Of a stretch of 64,000 nucleotides of DNA, positions 10,575 to 19,169 are shown in pieces. The stretch is taken from assembly GCA_964291265.2 (NCBI GenBank), contig OZ219747.1, forward strand, positions 1,440,001 through 1,504,000, written 5' to 3'. The position numbers were made by a program, and so were the translations under genes. The notes below the pieces were generated by a model. The model saw only the letters and a program-made list of their open reading frames with translations. It searched no databases and was not told the origin of the DNA. Position 1 is the first letter of the stretch; every line of letters begins with the position of its first letter. This DNA is from Alphaproteobacteria bacterium. Its GTDB lineage: Bacteria > Pseudomonadota > Alphaproteobacteria > SP197.

Positions 10575-11531
10575 TCAGTCCTTGGCAGCCCTCGCCAGCA
10601 ACCAGCGTGCGGTGCCGAGATCGAGGTGTCCGCCGCCCGAGTTCTTGAAGAGCGTGATGTCGTCCTCATTCCGCCGGCCGCCCACTGTCCCCCGCGAGAG
10701 ATCGAAGAGATCACCGACAACATCATCCTCGGTGATGATACCGGTCTCCAGCGGCTGTGAGATGTCGCCGACGCGGTGCAGCGTGAACATGCGGGAATCC
10801 ATGTAGATTCTGGCGCGCCGCACACAGTCGTCATCGCTCTCGCGCATGTGCGTCTGGTAGCTTCCGACAAGGTCGAGATGGGCTCCCTTGGCGAGCCAGG
10901 CGCCACGGATCAGGGGCTCGGTGGCCATGGTGGCACAACTGATGATGTCGGCCTTGCGCGCTGCGGCCTCGAGGTCGTCGGTTGCTTCGACCGCGAGGGA
11001 GTCGATGGCGAGCCGTCGGGCGAGGGCCTCGGCCCGTTCCGGCGTGCGGTTCCAGATGCGGACGACTTCCAGGGAAGGGCGTACGGCCTTCATGGCCATG
11101 ACGAGGTGCGGCGCCATGGCGCCGGCGCCCACCATGAGCATGGTGCGGACATCCTCGCGGGCAAGAAAGCTGGCGCCCGTGGCCGAATCGGCGGCTGTCT
11201 TGCGCAGTGTCAGGGCGATGCCGTCGATGAGGACGAGCGGTTTGCCGTCCCTGCCGTCGAAGAGCGCGTAGACTCCCTGTACCGAGGGCAACCCCGTGCC
11301 CGTGTACTCGTTGTCGGGAAACACCGTGGCGAGCTTGATTCCCACCGCTTTGTCACGCTGCCAGGCGGGAAGAGCCAGAAACACGTTGTCGGTCCCCGAA
11401 GGACCCGGCTGCGAGAGATGAATGTCACGCACCTCGTCGATGTCCTCGAGGTGAAAGCGCTTCAACCCCTCGACGAGTGCAGCGTAATCCGCCAGTTCGT
11501 GAACTTCACTGCCGGTGATGAAGCGGACCAT
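10575..11531 (-). CDS. Ornithine cyclodeaminase/mu-crystallin family protein
   Basis: LTLRKTAADS, VGAGAMA, IWNRT, GAHLDLVG and LFKNSG motifs. Confidence 0.9.
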   Translation of the reverse strand: MVRFITGSEVHELADYAALVEGLKRFHLEDIDEVRDIHLSQPGPSGTDNVFLALPAWQRDKAVGIKLATVFPDNEYTGTGLPSVQGVYALFDGRDGKPLVLIDGIALTLRKTAADSATGASFLAREDVRTMLMVGAGAMAPHLVMAMKAVRPSLEVVRIWNRTPERAEALARRLAIDSLAVEATDDLEAAARKADIISCATMATEPLIRGAWLAKGAHLDLVGSYQTHMRESDDDCVRRARIYMDSRMFTLHRVGDISQPLETGIITEDDVVGDLFDLSRGTVGGRRNEDDITLFKNSGGGHLDLGTARWLLARAAKD

Positions 11532-11545
11532 CGCCGGGTGTCCGT

Positions 11546-11896
11546 TCAGGCGGTCATCGGAGGCGAGCCCGGCGGTTGCCGGTCGAGTTCCGACTTCAGC
11601 ATGTCGCGCTCCCGGGTCACCGAGGCAAGGCTTGTTTCGAGATGCCTCACGCGGCGTTTGCGCTCACCCGACAACCGGCGGGCCGGATGGCCGCGCATCA
11701 GCACGAAGAGACCGCCGAAGAGGGCTCCGGCGGCAAAGGACACGAGGATGACAAGGAAGACGGGAGCCGCCACGACCCGCGGGTAGGGGAACAGGGAGAC
11801 CTCCATCTCCGTGCGGTTGGCCAGCACGAAGACGACAATGGCGAGAGCGAGAAGAACGCCGACAATCCCGACAACGGGCATGAGGGGATTGCGCAT
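11546..11896 (-). CDS. lapA: LapA (DUF1049) family membrane protein
   Basis: Two hydrophobic segments, the VLANR motif and a C-terminal coiled coil; lies directly downstream of ihfB. Confidence 0.75.
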   Translation of the reverse strand: MRNPLMPVVGIVGVLLALAIVVFVLANRTEMEVSLFPYPRVVAAPVFLVILVSFAAGALFGGLFVLMRGHPARRLSGERKRRVRHLETSLASVTRERDMLKSELDRQPPGSPPMTA

Positions 11897-11906
11897 GACG
11901 GCTGGT

Positions 11907-12200
11907 TCAGTCCTGCGCGCCCCTTGCGTTGAGGCGATCGCGCAGGGGTTTGCCGGTCTTGAAGAAGGGCGCACGCTTGGACTTCACGTTGACTTTCTCG
12001 CCGGTTCGCGGATTGCGGCCGATACGAGCCCGTCTCACGCGGGTCGCAAACGAGCCGAAACCGCGCAGTTCGACGCGCCGCCCGGACTCCAGGGACCGGG
12101 TGATTTCCTCGAAGATCGTGACGACGAGGTCTTCGGCCTCGTACTTCTTGAGATAAGGATAGCGCGCGGCAACGAGCGCGATGAGGTCAGATCTCGTCAT
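11907..12200 (-). CDS. ihfB: Integration host factor beta subunit
   Basis: MTRSDLI, RVELRGFGSF, GRNPRTG and FFKTGK motifs. Confidence 0.95.
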   Translation of the reverse strand: MTRSDLIALVAARYPYLKKYEAEDLVVTIFEEITRSLESGRRVELRGFGSFATRVRRARIGRNPRTGEKVNVKSKRAPFFKTGKPLRDRLNARGAQD

Positions 12201-12264
12201 GTAAGCATCCCGTACTCCAGCCCACCCAGTCTGGTCCCGGCATCATTCGACTGTCAATGATCTC

Positions 12265-12300
12265 CATGGGGCGGGTGCTCAGCTTGGCGCCCGCCCCATG
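12265..12300 (-). terminator. Hairpin downstream of the SBP gene
   Basis: catggggcgggtgc / gcgcccgccccatg inverted repeat, 13/14 match. Confidence 0.5.
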
Positions 12301-12310
12301 ACGCCGGGAC

Positions 12311-13906
12311 TCAGGCTGTCGGGTCCGTGAACCACCAGCGTTCCATCAGGCGACCTCCGTCGAGGCCCCAGTTGCTGCCGATGTCGGGTCCGTGGGCCAG
12401 CGCCGTCGATGCCGCGTCGACGTTGTTGGCGTAGGCCATGACCATGGCCCCGCCTTCCATGGCACAGATCTGCTGCATTTCGCGGTACATCTCGCGACGC
12501 AGCGGTTCGTCGAGCTCGGCGCGGGCCGCGATGAGCAGCTCGTTGAACCGGTCGTGCTTCCAGAAGGTGTCGTTCCATGGCGCGTCCGCCGAATAGGCGG
12601 TGGAGAACATCCAGTCCTCGGTGGGGCGGCCTCCCCAGTAGCAGGTGCACCAGGGCTTGTTCATCCAGACATCGGCCCAGTAACCGTCAGCCGACTCCCG
12701 CACGACGTTGATCGTGATGCCGGCCGGGGCCGCGTGCTCCCTGTAGAGGACGGCGGTGTCGACGGCGCCGACGAACGCCGCCTCGGATGTCGACAGTTCC
12801 ACGGTGAGGCTGTCGAGGCCGGACTGTTTGAGATGCCACTTCGCCTTGTCGAGATCGTAGCTGGCATGCTCGATGTCATCGGCGAAGTAGCGGTTGGCCG
12901 GGGTGATCGGCGTATCCTGGCCGACCAGTCCGTAGCCGCGCAGGACCTTGTCGACGATGTCCTGACGATCCATGGCATGCTTGAGGGCGAGGCGGACGTT
13001 GTTGTCATCGAACGGCGCCGTGTCCGTGCGCATGGGCAGGGTGTAGTGCAGCGTGCCCGTGGCCTCGACAAGGTCGACGGCAGGATGCTGCGCCAGGAGG
13101 TGCGCCGTCTTGGTGTCGACGCGGTCGATGACGTCGACCTGGCCCGACATGATGGCGTTCTGGCGCGACGCCGGGTCGGCGATCGTCGTCATCTCGACGG
13201 CGTCGAACCAGCCGTAGCCGGCCTTCCAGTAGTTCGGATGGCGCTCGAGGACAGAGCGCACGCCGGGTTCGAACTCGACAATCCGGTAGCTGCCGCAGCC
13301 GACGCCGGACAGTGGGTCGGCAATGTTCCCCTCGCCGTCACCCGGCTGGATGCCAAGATGATAGTCGCTCATGATGTAGGGGTAGTCGGCGTTGCCTTCC
13401 GCGAGCTGGATGACGACCGTATCGCCGTCGGCGCGCATGTCCTCGACCTGTTCGAACAGGCTCGATACCGCGGAGACCGAATCTTCGCCGCGGTGGTAGT
13501 TGAGGCTGGCGACGATGTCGTCGGGCGTCACGGTCTTGCCGTTGTGGAACTCGACGCCCCGGCGAATCCTGAATGTCCAGGTCCTGGCATCGGGCGTGGC
13601 GTCCCACTCCTCGGCCAGTTCGGGGGCGAGCTGGTTGGTTTCGTCGACGGCCGTGAGGTAGTTGAAGAGACCGCCCATGCCCATGTTCGACACGAAACCG
13701 TTCTCGTAGGTCGCCGGATCGAGGGAATCGGTCGTCGAACCGTGGCCGAGGCCGATTCTCAGCGTGCCCCCGCGTTGCGGTTCGGACGCCCTCGCCGCGA
13801 CGCCTCCCGGCAGGGTGGGACCGGCAAGGGCAGCCGCTCCGGCCGCAATTGCGCCACCCAGGACGGTGCGCCGCGACGCACCCTCCCTGTGCTCTGTCTT
13901 CTTCAT
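12311..13906 (-). CDS. ABC transporter substrate-binding protein, family 5 (Tat signal)
   Basis: SRRTVL twin-arginine motif; PELAEEW...WTFRIRRGVEFHNG. Confidence 0.9.
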   Translation of the reverse strand: MKKTEHREGASRRTVLGGAIAAGAAALAGPTLPGGVAARASEPQRGGTLRIGLGHGSTTDSLDPATYENGFVSNMGMGGLFNYLTAVDETNQLAPELAEEWDATPDARTWTFRIRRGVEFHNGKTVTPDDIVASLNYHRGEDSVSAVSSLFEQVEDMRADGDTVVIQLAEGNADYPYIMSDYHLGIQPGDGEGNIADPLSGVGCGSYRIVEFEPGVRSVLERHPNYWKAGYGWFDAVEMTTIADPASRQNAIMSGQVDVIDRVDTKTAHLLAQHPAVDLVEATGTLHYTLPMRTDTAPFDDNNVRLALKHAMDRQDIVDKVLRGYGLVGQDTPITPANRYFADDIEHASYDLDKAKWHLKQSGLDSLTVELSTSEAAFVGAVDTAVLYREHAAPAGITINVVRESADGYWADVWMNKPWCTCYWGGRPTEDWMFSTAYSADAPWNDTFWKHDRFNELLIAARAELDEPLRREMYREMQQICAMEGGAMVMAYANNVDAASTALAHGPDIGSNWGLDGGRLMERWWFTDPTA

Positions 13907-14368
13907 GTCTCTTGACCTCCCGTGGTCTGTCCGGTGTTGAACCATCGCCATGATGACAGAATGCGGACGCTCTTTCCACAGGGTCTGCAGATGCGCAAAT
14001 GGTGTAACGTTATCAGGTGAGCATCAACTACCGGTCATCGCCAACAATGCTCCCCAAACCACCCCGACTATCGGACAGTCTATCCGCGCTCGATCAGTAT
14101 AGGCATGCGATCGAGCTTTATGAGACGACCCTCAGGAACCGTATCGATCGCGAGTTCTACCGCAAGGAACTCCGGGCGAAGGCCAAGTACTACGGCACCA
14201 TCGCAGGGAGACAACCCGAAGAGGGTAACGCAGGATCTTTCTATGAGACGCTCTCGTCGCCCGTCACCTGGATGCCTATGGGCCCGAAGCGCCGATCAAG
14301 CATCGGCGCAAAGGAGACGCGTCCACGGTGCCGCTGGTCTACTCTGACCTGCCCTCGGAGCTTATCTA

Positions 14369-14905
14369 GTGTCATGTCAACAATGATATGTCGTATATTT
14401 TGCGCTAGACTGTCCGTCCATTCGGGACGGAGGTCGGAGTATGAAACGCTACGTGGTGACCCTGGACGAGGCGGAACGGGAAGAACTTTCGGAGATCACG
14501 ACCAAGGGCTCGCACCTGTCGCAAAAGGTGATCAACGCCCTGATCCTGCTCAACTGCGACGAGGGCGCGTTCAATGAACGCCAGGTGACCGGGGAGGTCA
14601 TCGCCGGGATTCTGCGCATCAGCATGCGCAAGGTAGACCGGGTGAAGAAGCGTTTCGTGGAAGAGGGTCTGGAGGCGGCATTGGGTGGCCGGCAGGGACG
14701 TCGTCCCAGCTACGTGCGAAAAGCCGACGGCGCCTTCGAGGCGCGCTTGGTGGCCCTGAGTTGTGGCGAACCGCCCGAGGGTCACGCGCAATGGTCGTTG
14801 CGGCTGCTGGCTGATCGCGTTGTCGAGCTTGGCTACATCGATGCCGTGTCACACGAGACAGTGCGGCGTGTTCTCAAAAAACGTAACTACTCACCCCCCT
14901 ACTGA
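14369..14905 (+). mobile_element. Truncated IS630-family element (ORF A at 14441-14905, catalytic ORF B lost)
   Basis: TA then gtgtcatgtcaacaa end; MKRYVVTL...WSLRLLADRVVELG...SHETVRRVLKK ending at an A-run. Confidence 0.8.
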
Positions 14906-14997
14906 TGACGAATCGTTTTTCCTGACGGGTTCGGATCCGGCATTTTCTCTTGCCGCCTTCACTTGCTCGCTTCCGATGATCGGATGTGCGTGTTCCG

Positions 14998-15173
14998 GTG
15001 TGCCAACTGGCAGAAGGTATGGGGTGACAGTCCCCTGTAACGAAGGAGTAACCAAACCACGTTTCTCCGCGAGCCGTGCATCGGTTGCCGCGAGGGGGCA
15101 GGCGAAGCGTCGGTAGCGGTGCGGATGGGCGGGGCTAATGAGCACCGAAAAAGCTATCATCCGGGGTGCCGAG
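14998..15173 (+). mobile_element. Group II intron 5' fragment (domain I), copy 1
   Basis: Starts GTGTG; closely matches the first ~175 nt of the intron at 29806. Confidence 0.85.
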
Positions 15174-15174
15174 A

Positions 15175-15356
15175 CAGGACTATTCTTTTGTCCGGTTTCG
15201 TCCGACGAGAGGGCGTCGTAGACAGATCTGGGGGTCCATTCGGGACCGGATTTCGTTGTCGATATGCCGGTTCCGACCTCGAGAAGGTGCCACCAACTCC
15301 AAGAACGGCCATTGACGCGGTTGTCCGCCGCCGATCACGACAACAGAACGGTCCTG
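15175..15356. mobile_element. 182-bp ISAs1-type MITE
   Basis: Ends caggactattcttttgtc and RC caggaccgttctgttgtc; 17/18 and 16/18 identical to the IRs at 860 and 3092; no TSD. Confidence 0.7.
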
Positions 15357-15410
15357 CGGACCTCCGCCGGAGACTTGACGAAAACCCGCCCCCCGGGGCA
15401 GGATGCGCCC

Positions 15411-15926
15411 ATGATGTCGTCCTTCGACACCCTCGCTGCCGCTGAGGCCCTCCAGGACGCCGGCGCGAAGCCCGAACTCGCCAAGGCCATGACCGCCCAG
15501 CTCAAGGCCGCGGCGAAAGCCGGCGAACCCGTCACAAGGCCCGAACTCGACGCCGCTCTCGGCACACTCAAGGCCGAACTGCTCGAACGAATCGCCGCGA
15601 GCGAGAAGAGCCTCAGCGAACGAAACACCGCTACAGACCAGCGGATCACATCAGTCGAGAAGAACCTGATCGAGCGCATCGCCGCGAGCGAGAAGAGCCT
15701 CAGCGAACGAAACACCGCTACAGACCAGCGGATCACATCAGTCGAGAAGAACCTGATCGAGCGCATCGCCGCGAGCGAGACGCGCCTGCTCGGACGCATC
15801 GCCGAGACGGAACGCCGGCTGATGGACCGCACGGCCGCCATCGTCTGGCGGCTGTTCGGCGCCATGGTCGCGCTCGCCGGCATCACCGTCGCGGCGCTCG
15901 AATACCTGCGCATACCGGCCGGATAG
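15411..15926 (+). CDS. DUF1640/CCDC90-like coiled-coil protein with C-terminal membrane anchor
   Basis: FDTLAAAEALQDAG N-terminus, VTRPEL, coiled coil and hydrophobic C-terminus. Confidence 0.7.
   Translation: MMSSFDTLAAAEALQDAGAKPELAKAMTAQLKAAAKAGEPVTRPELDAALGTLKAELLERIAASEKSLSERNTATDQRITSVEKNLIERIAASEKSLSERNTATDQRITSVEKNLIERIAASETRLLGRIAETERRLMDRTAAIVWRLFGAMVALAGITVAALEYLRIPAG
15591..15780 (+). repeat. 87-bp in-frame tandem repeat (2.2 copies)
   Basis: Identical units begin at 15591, 15678 and (partial) 15765. Confidence 0.95.
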
Positions 15927-16211
15927 CCTTCGGCGGCCCCGGTGACCGCAACCAGCCGAAAAATGCCGGCAAACATGCGCGCCCCACAAGCGGCGCTGAC
16001 AGACGCGAAGCGAAGACGGCGGAAGGCGCACAGCATCGCCCGGGCCCTCAGTATCTGTCCGGCGTGTGCCGGGTCCACACGGTCGGCTGCATGTCGAGAT
16101 CGGCTCCAGTTCGGTAACTGCCCAGGTCTGATTTTGCCGAGTCCTGACGGGAGGTGGGTTGATGGTTCCGGTCTGGTGGCGCCGAGGAGGGATGTCAGAA
16201 GCGCAGTTTCG

Positions 16212-16355
16212 GTGTGCCAGCGAACTGGCAGAAGGTAGGGGGTGAAAGTCCTCTGTAACGAAGGAGTAACCAAACCACGTTTCTCCGCGAGCCGTGCGTC
16301 GGTTGCCGCGAGGGGGCAGGCGAAGCGTCGGTAGCGGTGCGGATGGGCAGGGCTA
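16212..16355 (+). mobile_element. Group II intron 5' fragment (domain I), copy 2
   Basis: Starts GTGTG; near-identical to 29806-29950. Confidence 0.85.
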
Positions 16356-16530
16356 AGTCAAGCCGCGCAGGATCAACAACCCGACGGCACCAAAACAGCA
16401 TCCAACGCAACCAACGTCAACACAGACTCAGACCTGACGAGGTACCTAGGTAGTTACTCCTCATGGGCCTTGACGCACGGCCTTGAGCAATGACTTAACG
16501 GTGTCCTGATGAAAGGATGGGGTGGGGAGC

Positions 16531-16606
<76 letters not shown>

Positions 16607-16657
16607 AATGGGAAACAACCTATGGACTGACGGTCGCGGACGCAAGACCGACGTCCG

Positions 16658-16891
16658 TCACACCTCGATCTCGGGGTTTTCCTCGACATCGTCGTCGGTA
16701 TCGAGTGTTGCATCCGCGTCATCGTCATCATGGACAACGTCGCCGTCCGGTGCGTCGGGCGGCGGACTGTCACCACTCATGGTGACGGCCGTCCCGCATC
16801 GGGGGCAGTGCGAAGGAAACAGGTTGAAGTCGTAGAACTTGACCAGGCATGCCGTGCAGACATGCTTGGTGCCCCATTCGGCCCTGGGCAT
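16658..16891 (-). CDS. TIGR02300/FYDLN acidic zinc-ribbon protein
   Basis: WGTKHVCTACLVKFYDFN...CPRCG plus acidic tail; conserved position beside aroA. Confidence 0.85.
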   Translation of the reverse strand: MPRAEWGTKHVCTACLVKFYDFNLFPSHCPRCGTAVTMSGDSPPPDAPDGDVVHDDDDADATLDTDDDVEENPEIEV

Positions 16892-17039
16892 GGCGTCAAT
16901 TCCCGATCACGGTGATCAATTCAAGGCGGCAAGCCGGATATAGATTGAGTGCTCATCTGTCAAAGGGAAGGTTGCGCATGGCGTGGTCCGGATTGACGAT
17001 GCGCCCGAGCCCTTCGATACCGGGTGCCGGAGAGATGTC

Positions 17040-18383
17040 ATGAACCACCCGACACGGGCAGTCATCGCCCGCCCCCTGGCCCCGTTCACGGGCACCGCGC
17101 GCGTTCCCGGGGACAAGTCCATCTCGCACAGGGCGCTCATTATCGGGGCCCTGACGGTCGGCGAAACCACTGTCGAGGGAATGCTCGAGAGCGAGGATGT
17201 GCTGGCGACGGCTTCGGCGCTGCAGGCGATGGGCGCCCATGTCGAACGCGATGCGTGCGGCGTGTGGCGTATCAACGGGTGTGGCGTCTCGGGACTGAAG
17301 GAGGCCGATGACGTTCTCGACCTGGGGAACGCTGGCACCGGTGCGCGACTGCTTTGCGGGGTCGCGGCGGGACATACCTTCACCACGTTCCTATGTGGCG
17401 ACAGGTCGCTGTCGCGCCGGCCCATGGGCCGTGTCATCGAACCCCTGGAGGACATGGGAGCCCGGTTTCTCGGCCGCAGCGGCGGTCGCCTTCCCCTTGC
17501 CGTGACGGGCGGTGATCCCCTGTTGCCCCTTCACCATGAACTCCGGGTGCCCTCGGCGCAGGTCAAGTCGGCGGTGCTGCTGGCGGGCCTTCATGCACCG
17601 GGAACTACCACGGTGGTCGAGAGGACGCCGCTTCGCGATCACACCGAGCGTCTGCTGCGTGCCTTCGGAGCCTCCCTCGAGATCGTGCCGGGCGATGACG
17701 GCCGGCGGTCGATCAGCATCGCCGGACATGCGGAACTGGTTCCCGTCGATGTTCATGTTCCGGGAGATCCTTCATCGGCTGCCTTCCTCATTGGCCTCGG
17801 CGCAGCACTGCCCGGTGCGGCGCTGACCGTCAGACATGTCGGCATCAATCCGACACGAACCGGGTTCTTCGAGACCCTGGAAGACATGGGGGCGAACCTG
17901 ACCTTCAGCAGTCGCCGCGAGATGGCGGGCGAGCCCGTGGCCGACATCACGGTGGAGGGCACGATTCTCAAGGGAATCGAGGTGCCTGCGGAGCGGGCTC
18001 CTTCCATGATCGACGAATACCCCGTACTGGCAGTCATGGCGGCGACAGCCGAGGGTCCCACGGTCATGCGGGGTCTTGCCGAGCTTCGGGTCAAGGAAAG
18101 CGACCGACTCGCCGCCGCTGCCGCCGGTCTTGCGGCCAATGGCGTCAGGGTCGACGAGGAGAAGACCGGACTGGTGGTGCATGGCGTGGCCGGCCGACCC
18201 CCCGGAGGAGGCTCCGTTGCCGTGGAACTCGATCACCGGGTCGCCATGGCCTTCCTGGTGATGGGACTCCTGTCGCGCAACGGCGTGGCGATCGATGATG
18301 CCGGCGCCATCGCCACCAGTTTTCCGGGGTTCACCCAGCTCCTCGAGGGGCTGGGCGCGGAGTTCGGCGATTGGACGGGGTGA
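17040..18383 (+). CDS. aroA: EPSP synthase
   Basis: PGDKSISHR, LGNAGTG, SAQVKSA, LRVKESDRL and DHRVAM motifs. Confidence 0.97.
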   Translation: MNHPTRAVIARPLAPFTGTARVPGDKSISHRALIIGALTVGETTVEGMLESEDVLATASALQAMGAHVERDACGVWRINGCGVSGLKEADDVLDLGNAGTGARLLCGVAAGHTFTTFLCGDRSLSRRPMGRVIEPLEDMGARFLGRSGGRLPLAVTGGDPLLPLHHELRVPSAQVKSAVLLAGLHAPGTTTVVERTPLRDHTERLLRAFGASLEIVPGDDGRRSISIAGHAELVPVDVHVPGDPSSAAFLIGLGAALPGAALTVRHVGINPTRTGFFETLEDMGANLTFSSRREMAGEPVADITVEGTILKGIEVPAERAPSMIDEYPVLAVMAATAEGPTVMRGLAELRVKESDRLAAAAAGLAANGVRVDEEKTGLVVHGVAGRPPGGGSVAVELDHRVAMAFLVMGLLSRNGVAIDDAGAIATSFPGFTQLLEGLGAEFGDWTG

Positions 18384-19024
18384 TCGTGATCGCCGTCGAC
18401 GGACCTGTCGCCGCCGGCAAGGGCACGCTCGCTGGCGAGCTTGCGGTGCGCACAGGTCTGCGCCATCTCGACAGCGGCATGATCTACCGGGCCGTGGCCG
18501 CTCTCGTTCTCGAGGCCGGAGACGATGCCGGAGACGAGCAGGCGTGCACAAGGATGGCGGAACGTCTGGTCGCGGCGGATCTCGAGCGTCCGGGGCTGCG
18601 TGATCAGGAGATCGGTTCCATGGCCTCGCGCGTCGCTGCCCACCGCGATGTGCGCGGCGCTCTGGTGGAGTTCCAGCGCCGCTTTGGCAGGACGCCACCG
18701 GGGGCGGTCATTGACGGGCGCGACATCGGCACCGTTGTCTTTCCCGATGCCGACGTGAAGTTCTTCGTGACGGCTGATGTCCGGGCGCGGGCCGCAAGGC
18801 GTCACCGGGAACTGGTCTCCAGGGGCGAGGCGATCGACTTCGGCAGCGTGTTGCGGGAGCTCTCCGAAAGGGACCGCCGCGACAGCGAACGGACCTGGGC
18901 GCCATTGCGCCAGGCTGACGACGCCATCGTCATCGACACTACCGCGCTCGATGCCTCGGTGGCGGCGGAGAGGGCGCTTGACTTCATCCGCCGCCGCCCT
19001 GGGGCCGTGTCCGTTTTGAGTTGA
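18380..19024 (+). CDS. cmk: Cytidylate kinase
   Basis: AVDGPVAAGKGT, LDSGMIYR and DGRDIGTVVFPDA motifs. Confidence 0.95.
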   Translation: MIVIAVDGPVAAGKGTLAGELAVRTGLRHLDSGMIYRAVAALVLEAGDDAGDEQACTRMAERLVAADLERPGLRDQEIGSMASRVAAHRDVRGALVEFQRRFGRTPPGAVIDGRDIGTVVFPDADVKFFVTADVRARAARRHRELVSRGEAIDFGSVLRELSERDRRDSERTWAPLRQADDAIVIDTTALDASVAAERALDFIRRRPGAVSVLS

Positions 19025-19049
19025 AGATGGCTCCGGCTGGCGCTATACG
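19021..19049 (+). promoter_or_regulatory. Putative rpsA promoter
   Basis: TTGAAG-N17-TATACG, 120 bp upstream of rpsA. Confidence 0.35.
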
Positions 19050-19169
19050 GGCGCCGCCACATGTGGAACAGACCCGCGTGGCGACCTCCGTCTCGCCGCG
19101 GCGAAATCCCACAGCGGAGGCACTGGAAGCGCAACCTCCAGCTTCCGGAAATCCAAGGAAATCAGCACC

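Noticed and set aside
16420-16455. Possible IS630 right end pairing with 14369
   Set aside because: It matches the left IR poorly, so a composite element cannot be supported.
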